64,000 nt of DNA from Chrysomallon squamiferum (lineage: Eukaryota; Animalia; Mollusca). Within the stretch, counting starts at the first letter, position 1. Every line of letters begins with the position of its first letter. The position numbers were made by a program, and so were the translations under genes. Where the stretch lies: assembly GCA_012295275.1 (NCBI GenBank), contig CM022678.1:8184001-8248000 (forward strand). Direction: 5' to 3'. The notes beneath the pieces were generated by a model that was given only the letters and a program-made list of their open reading frames with translations, ran no database searches and had not been told where the DNA came from. Below, piece after piece: positions 51,674-64,000 of the stretch.

Positions 51674-52474
51674 ATGGCAGCTAAAAGTTATGAAGAATTA
51701 TTCAGCATTCATTCTGGTGAGAAACCTTTTAAATGTGAAGTTTGTGCAAAATGTTTCTCAAAACGGCTAACAATAGAAAATCATATGAGAATCCATACTG
51801 GACAGAAACCCTTTAAATGTGAACTTTGTGTCAAAAGTTTTTCAAACAGTTCGAATCTAAAACGCCACATGAAGCATCACACTAATGAGAAACCTTTTAA
51901 ATGTGAAGTTTGTGGAAAATGTTTCTCACTACCTGACCATATAAAACGTCATCTGATGGTCCACTCTGGAGAGAAACCTTTTAAATGTGAGATTTGTGCA
52001 AAATGTTTCAATCGGCGTTCGAGTTTAAAAGCTCATATGACCATCCATACTGGAGAGAAACCTTTTAAATGTGAGATTTGTGGAAAATGTTTCTCACTAC
52101 CTGACCATGTAAAACGTCATTTGATGGTCCACTCTGGAGAGAAACCTTTTAAATGTGAGATTTGTGCAAAATGTTTCAATCAGCGTTCGAGATTAAAAAC
52201 TCATATGACCATCCATACTGGAGAGAAACCTTTTAAATGTGAAATTTGTGCAAAATGTTTCTCACGGAGTTCGATTTTAAAATGTCATATGAACGTCCAT
52301 ACTGGAGAGAAACCTTTTAAATGTGAAATTTGTGTAAAATGTTTCTCACGGAGTTCGGATTTTAAATGTCATATGAACATCCATACTGGAGAGAAACCTT
52401 TTAAATGTGAAATTTGTGAAAAATGTTTCTCACACAGTTCGAGCTTAAAATATCATGTGAAAATACATGCTTGA
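51674..52474 (+). CDS. C2H2 zinc-finger protein, 9 fingers (copy B)
   Basis: Intact [22 protein letters not shown]...SHSSSLKYHVKIHA*. Confidence 0.92.
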   Translation: MAAKSYEELFSIHSGEKPFKCEVCAKCFSKRLTIENHMRIHTGQKPFKCELCVKSFSNSSNLKRHMKHHTNEKPFKCEVCGKCFSLPDHIKRHLMVHSGEKPFKCEICAKCFNRRSSLKAHMTIHTGEKPFKCEICGKCFSLPDHVKRHLMVHSGEKPFKCEICAKCFNQRSRLKTHMTIHTGEKPFKCEICAKCFSRSSILKCHMNVHTGEKPFKCEICVKCFSRSSDFKCHMNIHTGEKPFKCEICEKCFSHSSSLKYHVKIHA

Positions 52475-55468
52475 TAGAAATCTTTTAAATGTTAAATTTT
52501 TGTAAAATATTTCTCATATAACTGGAATCTACAACGTCACATGGAAATCCATTTTGGTCGGGAACCTTTAAGAATGATTCATGATAATACAAAAGTTAAA
52601 TGAGAATTGTTTTAAATAAAAGAGAGAAAAAAACATGCTTCAGTATTTATATTCTTTAATTTTGAGTAGCAAGACTGTTTTGACCGCATGTACTATTGTC
52701 ACTACAGATATGAAGTAGTTGACTGATGGCTAATTTTGTTTATGATAATTCTAGAAGAAAGCTCATAGCAAATGGTTTTTATTTTATTTTATTTTTTAAA
52801 TTTCATGATTCTGTGATTACTATTTATGTAGTTATTAATAACAACATTTTTTTAGGGAAAGTTCCAATTTTCGTATTAACAATATACAAAAGATTCTTTC
52901 TCTTTTTTTTTCTAAAAAAGAAAAGAAAAGAAAATCAAACTTGAAAATATTGCTAAGTACATTTTAGTACTGCTGTAAAAGTACGACTTATGACATATTT
53001 TAAAACCACTGCAAATACTATTACTGCTGCTATAGCCGCTATAACCACTCAACAATTCTAATTAACACGACAGCTACTACTACAATTTACTACAGCTGTT
53101 CCTACTATTACTACTACAAAAGATACAACTACAAAGTATAGGTTTTATTATATGTTTATTCTTTATTTAAATTGAGGAATCTTTTGGTTTAAGCATTGAA
53201 ACTACAGCAGAACGTTGTTTAAAACATATGCATATCCAATTTTTGTCATAACTTTGTAGAAAATCACAAATGCACTTCTATATGTTATTTTTATGGCAAC
53301 TACTGAAGAAAGTAAAGAGGAAGTCCATTTTGTTTTATCCTCCATGACTCTGTGATCAGTAGTTTTGTAGTCATTATAAAGAACATTATTTTAGAGAAAT
53401 AGATTGGTCGCAGCGATCAAATAAAATAATACTGTTGTTTGCGATATCAGAGTGCACAGTTCAGTTTGAATGAAAAGTGATAGCGTAGACAGTTGAACTA
53501 GGGGGAGATAAACCACGGAATTGCCATTAACACTAGAAGTACATGTTTCTCGTGTAAACGTTAAAAAAAACAGCAACAAAAAAAACCTCCACATCACCAC
53601 ACACACACACACAAAATAACAACACGCAGGCAATCTTCAAGAAGTATGAATTTTTCGCCGAATTCTGTTTCGATTTGAAACAAAACATTTAATATCAAAG
53701 AGTGAGATAAGAAACAGAAATCAATTTTAAACAATGTATTATAGTAATTCGTTAACAGCCACACTGTATTTTCTGTTTAACTGATATACCTATAGTTGTG
53801 TGTGTGTGTGTTTGTTTGTGTGTGTGTGTGTTTGTTTGTGTGTGTGTGTGTGTGCAACATAGCCTTTAACGATAGCCACTGTATAACTAGTGCATTGAAA
53901 AACGTTTTTATTTCGCAAATTTTCGTTTTATAAATTATGAACTTGATATAGCATTTGTAACATGTTTTGGGATAACATGATGTTTAATACATCAGACAAT
54001 TGAGATTCATTAAAATTAACAGCATTTGCCCAAAATGTTAATGAACTACAGTAATGAGGAAAAAAACAAAAAAAAAAATTACTAATATTTCTTTCAGAAT
54101 CTTTGGTATACCTGATAAAGAGCTAAATGAAAGTGTACTGCTGCGTTGCAGGTTCGGATAAGATCGATGCCAATATTTGCAGTTCAGACATAAACATTGT
54201 GTGCGTAACGAACGTTGCGACAGATTTGTTTCAGATATTCACCATTATGTTTCCCTTGCCGTACCCTGCCGTTCATTCTGTAAACAAAATATCCAGTTAT
54301 CCGTTACTTTTAGCCCGATAATAACATATGCAACATATTCAATCATCACAATATATTTTTTGTAAAGTAAGTATTAAAAAATAAGATATAAAAAAGAGTA
54401 ATTTGAGATAAAACAGAAGTGAAATTAACAATAATAATATTATAAAATTAACAATTATAATATTATATCGTATTTAATATAAGCTGTCAATATTTTGATT
54501 TTTAGAAAATCATTTGATAGAGACTTTATATTTAAAAGGCTTCATTCCTCTCTGAACTCATGTTTTGCTACATTACAACTATTACTGTAATTACATCTTA
54601 CTACAAAGTTTCCAAATCGGATTCGGTTATCTTGACTAATATAATTATATCTTACTACAAGATTCCCAAATTAGATTTGTCTTAAATTAATGTGACGACT
54701 GTCTGAAATTTCAAGGAAATAGATTTTCTTTCCACAATTCACATTTTAATCTCACTTTCACCAAAATCTATAATTGTAATTCTGACCTGTTTTCTCATTT
54801 GAGAAAACATAAAATAAAAATAATAATTCAGGCAACCGGATAGTACATGTACTTGGGATATTTTATTGTAGTGGATTATTTAACAAACAAATTTAATACT
54901 TTATTAATAATGTTAAAGTTATATCAAGTTGTACACATGGAGGGTACATCAATAGAAAAAAAAAATCCAATGGGCACCGTACTACCAATTGCAAACCAAA
55001 TGAAAGGAAACAACCTAGAAAATGACCACGGAGGAATGAACTGGTTGAGCAGTGGATATAACCGTCTTTTAGATGTCAGCACGAGACAGGATGATGTCAA
55101 AACAATACACTGAGGATCTGTGAAGCTGCCAAGTTTCAATCAGCTGACCGTCACGTCTGAGGTAGATTCAAACGTGTGTGTTTTTTTGTTTCTATAGTCA
55201 TCATCTTTAAACAGACAAAACGTAGTTTCACACATAAATTATGCTGAACGTTCACATGCATTTTGCGAATTCCCTTTAAATACAGCTATCAATTTAATAT
55301 AATTTATTTCATTTTGATATATATTTTACTTACATCTTGTTTCATATTTCCTTTCTTCTTTATGTTTTCATTCGTCTTTCTTATCTTTATTCTATTTCCT
55401 CATTCTTATGTTTTCATAAGTGCATGAACATGACATATTTAGAATACATGCATACATACATACATACA

Positions 55469-55501
<33 letters not shown>

Positions 55502-56386
55502 TTCTGTGTATATTTATCTATTTGTATCAGTGTGAATGTGTTTATGTAATTTTATATTTCTGAATCTGTATTTAGGTTTGATTAGCTATATAGATACATA
55601 TTTTTATCTCCGTGTATATTTTTCTATTTGTGCAACCATGTGTGTCAGTAACATACATCTAGCTCGACGTATGTACGTTTCTCAGTTTCTGTTTGTATTC
55701 AGTATTGAAATCTATCGATCTATATATCTCTTTATGCTCTTTATGCTCAAATATAATTTATAATGTGTTTGTAAGTACGTATGTGTATGACCATATATTG
55801 ACTAAATTTATATTTGACTATATATGTCTATACTCATATTTCTATCCATCATATCTTCTATATGTTATTTTTATGGCAACTATAGAAGAAAGTAAAGAGG
55901 AAGTCCTTTTTGTTTTATCCTCCATGACTCTGTGATCAGTAGTTTTGTAGTCATTATAAGGAACATTATTTTAGACAAATAGATTGGTCGTAGCGATCAA
56001 ATAAAATAATACTGTTGTTTGCGATATCAGAGTGCACAGTTCAGTTTGAATGAAAAGTAGACACCAAAGTTGAACTAGGGGGAGATAAACCTCGGAATTG
56101 CCATTAACACTAGAAGTACATGTTTCTCGTGTAAACGTTAAAAATGTGAGGAAAACAGCAACAAAAAACCCCAACTCCACAACACCACGCACAAAAAAAA
56201 AAAAAAACAACACGCAGGCAATCTTCAAGAAGTATGAATTTTTCGCCGAATTCTGTTTCGATTTGAAACAAAACATTTAATATCAAAGAGTGAGATAAGA
56301 AACAGAAATTAATTTTAAACAATGTATTATATTAAGTTCATTAACAGCCACACTGTATTTTCTGTTTAACTGATATACCTATAGTC

Positions 56387-56468
<82 letters not shown>

Positions 56469-57874
56469 AACAATAGCCACTGTATAACTAGTGCATTGAA
56501 AAACGTTTTTATTTCGCAAATTTTCGTTTTATAAATTTTGAACTTGATATAGCATTTGTAATATGTTTTGGGATAACATGATGTTTAGTACATCAGACAA
56601 TTGAGATTCATTAAAATTAACAGCTTTTGCCCAAAATGTTAATGAACTACAGTAATGAGGAAAAAAAAAAAAAAAAAAATAATAATAATAATAATAATAA
56701 ATAAAATAGTTCTTTCAGAATATTTGGTATAGCTGATAAAGAGCTAAATGAAAGTGTACTGCTGCGTTGCAGGTTCGGATAAGATCGATGCCAATAGTTG
56801 CAGTTCAGACATAAACATTGTGTGCGTAACGAACGTTGCGACTGGTTTGTGCCAGATATTCACCATTATTTTTCCCTTGCCGTACCCTGCCGTTCATTCT
56901 GTAAACAAAATATCCAGTTATCCGTTACTTTTAGCCCGATAATAACATAGGCAACATATTCAATCATCACAATATATTTTTTCAAAAGTAAGTATTGGGG
57001 CATAGGTTTTTTCATTTTTAATTAAAAAATTGAGATATAAAAAAGAGGAATTTGAGATAAAAACAGAAGTGAAATTAACAATAATAATATTATAAAATTA
57101 ACAATTATAATATTATATCGTATTTAATATAAGCTCTGAATACTTTCATTTTAAGAAAATCATTTGATAGAGACTTTATATTTAAAAGGTTTCATTCCTC
57201 TCTGAACTCATGTTTTATATTTCTGAATCTGTATTTAGGTTTGATTATCTATATAGATACATATTTTTATCTCCGTGTATATTTTTCTATTTGTGCAACC
57301 AGGTGTGTCAGTAACATACATCTAGCTCGACGTATGTACGTTTCTCAGTTTCTGTTTGTATTCAGTATTGAAATCTATCGATCTATGTATCTCTGTATGC
57401 TCAAATATAATTTATAATGTGTTTGTAAGTACGTATGTGTATGACCATATATTGACTAAATTTATATTTGACTATATATGTCTATACTCATATTTCTATC
57501 CATCATAATATATTTGTGTCTCTGTGTCTATCTTTGTATCTATATTAGCATATTCCTACATTTATACAAAAAGAAAAAAAATCTAACTTCATCTTCACTA
57601 ATACACTCATCGCAAATAAACAAACCTTCAGTATGTATAATTATGAATACAAATCATCATATATACAAATACCAATTAACACACATACTCCACTCACATG
57701 AAACCTGTTTCGACAAACAAACATATATCCACAGGAAACTTTATTTGTAAATTAATAAAATATCTTACAACAGTGAAACTGACTTGATCAAAGTTCATCT
57801 GACGATGTCGTAGTAGTGCAGGTTCAAATGCGAAGTCTCTATGGAATGAATTTTCTAAAAATGAGAATATAAAA

Positions 57875-58375
57875 ATGAAGATGGCAACTCACAGTAACGA
57901 AGAACTATTCAGCATCCATACTGGTAAGAAACCTTTCAGAAGTGAGGTTTGTGGAAAATGTTTCTCACAAAGACTACATGTAAAACGTCATATGACTATC
58001 CATACTGGACTGAAACCCTTTAAATGTGAAGTTTGTGCAAAATGTTTCAAACGAGATGACGAAGTAAAGTGTCATATGAATATCCACACTGGACAGAAAC
58101 GTTTCAAATGTGAGGTTTGTGGAAGATGTTTCTCACAGCGTTGGAATTTAAAATATCAATTCATACTTGAGAGAAATCTGTAAAATGAAAGGTTTCTTTA
58201 AAATGCTCTTCAGAAGGTTCATATGAAGGTCCACACTGGTGACAATTTTTAGAATATAAGGTTTCTGCAAAATATTTCTCACGACGTTTAAAAATATGAA
58301 AATTCATGCTGGAGTCAAGACTTTGAAATGTGAAGTTCGTGCGAAATGTTTCCAAGAAGCTGGTTATCACACAAC
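57875..58375 (+). pseudogene. Decayed ZNF gene, duplicate of 47653-48150
   Basis: ORF 57875..58183 has only one intact finger and the same downstream decay. Confidence 0.8.
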
Positions 58376-59290
58376 GTCACGTTTGGGAAATAAAGGTGAT
58401 AATTTGTGAAATTAAGAAAAAAGAAATCATAAAACGTAATATGCTATTTTGTAATAACCACATTTGATAAATGAAGAATACGAATTTTGATTAGTTTACT
58501 AGATAACAAATCTGAAATACTACTAGTACTATTACAACATCATGGCAGTTATGCAAACTTTCGTCAGTTCATTGTCATTGTTATAACAGATTATCTTAAT
58601 TTCAGTAATAATGTTTTCTCTTCATGTTTGTCTCTGTTTTGTCTGTATTGGTACATACATTCCACATATCCATTACGTTTTTGTATTTTTTTAAAATTAT
58701 GAATACGTCTATATACTATAAGCATTTGAACTAATACTACTAATGCTGCTACATATTACTGTTACTACATTTTTTGTGCAGCTGCACCTTGTTTAAAATG
58801 ACTGTTTTATTAACTTATAATAATCTTGTAGACTACATGTTCTTTGTCACCAGCGACGTCTTCTTCATTTTACAAATCTAGAAAACTGAAGGAAATACAG
58901 AAATATATCCAAATGCATCCTTTGATGCTAATTTCAAAATAAAATGTACATTATTACCATTGTTTTGTTTTACACCTTGACGTGTTTATATGATGCAATC
59001 ATCTTTAGCAGCATTTCGTTCCACTTCTTCATTTTACGAATATATACACAAACATAATAAAGATATGTAGGCAGATGCACACTAGGGTTGGTTTTAAGGG
59101 ATAGTACTCTAAAAGATTAGGCTGTCTTAAAAATAAACAGTAGTAGTGTAGATCTGAATATATACTACACATTTTATTATTTTTTATTCCGCAAGTCTCC
59201 AGTAATCGCGTGTAATGTCCCACTAAGTAATTGATGAAAATTTAATCCAAAACATGAAAAATATCTCGTATCTAAATTGAAGTATTTTAC

Positions 59291-64000
<4,710 letters not shown>

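Larger units (their letters stand above)
49067..59290 (+). repeat. Recent segmental tandem duplication, unit B (~10.2 kb)
   Basis: Colinear and near-identical to unit A except for the finger array and microsatellite lengths. Confidence 0.9.

Overview
AT-rich animal (eukaryotic) DNA; an invertebrate, possibly a mollusc, is an inference from repeat content only. The window is a head-to-tail tandem cluster of C2H2 zinc-finger genes, all on the + strand, each with a single coding exon and no effector domain. It holds one partial gene at the left edge, six intact ORFs (8, 8, 8, 8, 9 and 10+1 fingers), one 18-finger gene split by an in-frame stop, three pseudogenes and five single-finger remnants. 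The left half is made of older 5-8 kb duplication units carrying a decayed, partly inverted non-LTR retrotransposon and one non-autonomous TIR transposon (12575-13880, TATA target-site duplication, empty paralogous site visible). A 30 x 65-bp minisatellite (35418-37362) arose inside the LINE 3' end. The right half is a recent near-identical ~10-11 kb triplication. Its flanks are almost unchanged, but its finger arrays differ in number, order and DNA-contact residues. The most notable signal is this fast-diversifying ZNF cassette system: constant cap fingers, a shuffled core, start codons recruited from dead fingers, and more ZNF splice acceptors than promoter exons.
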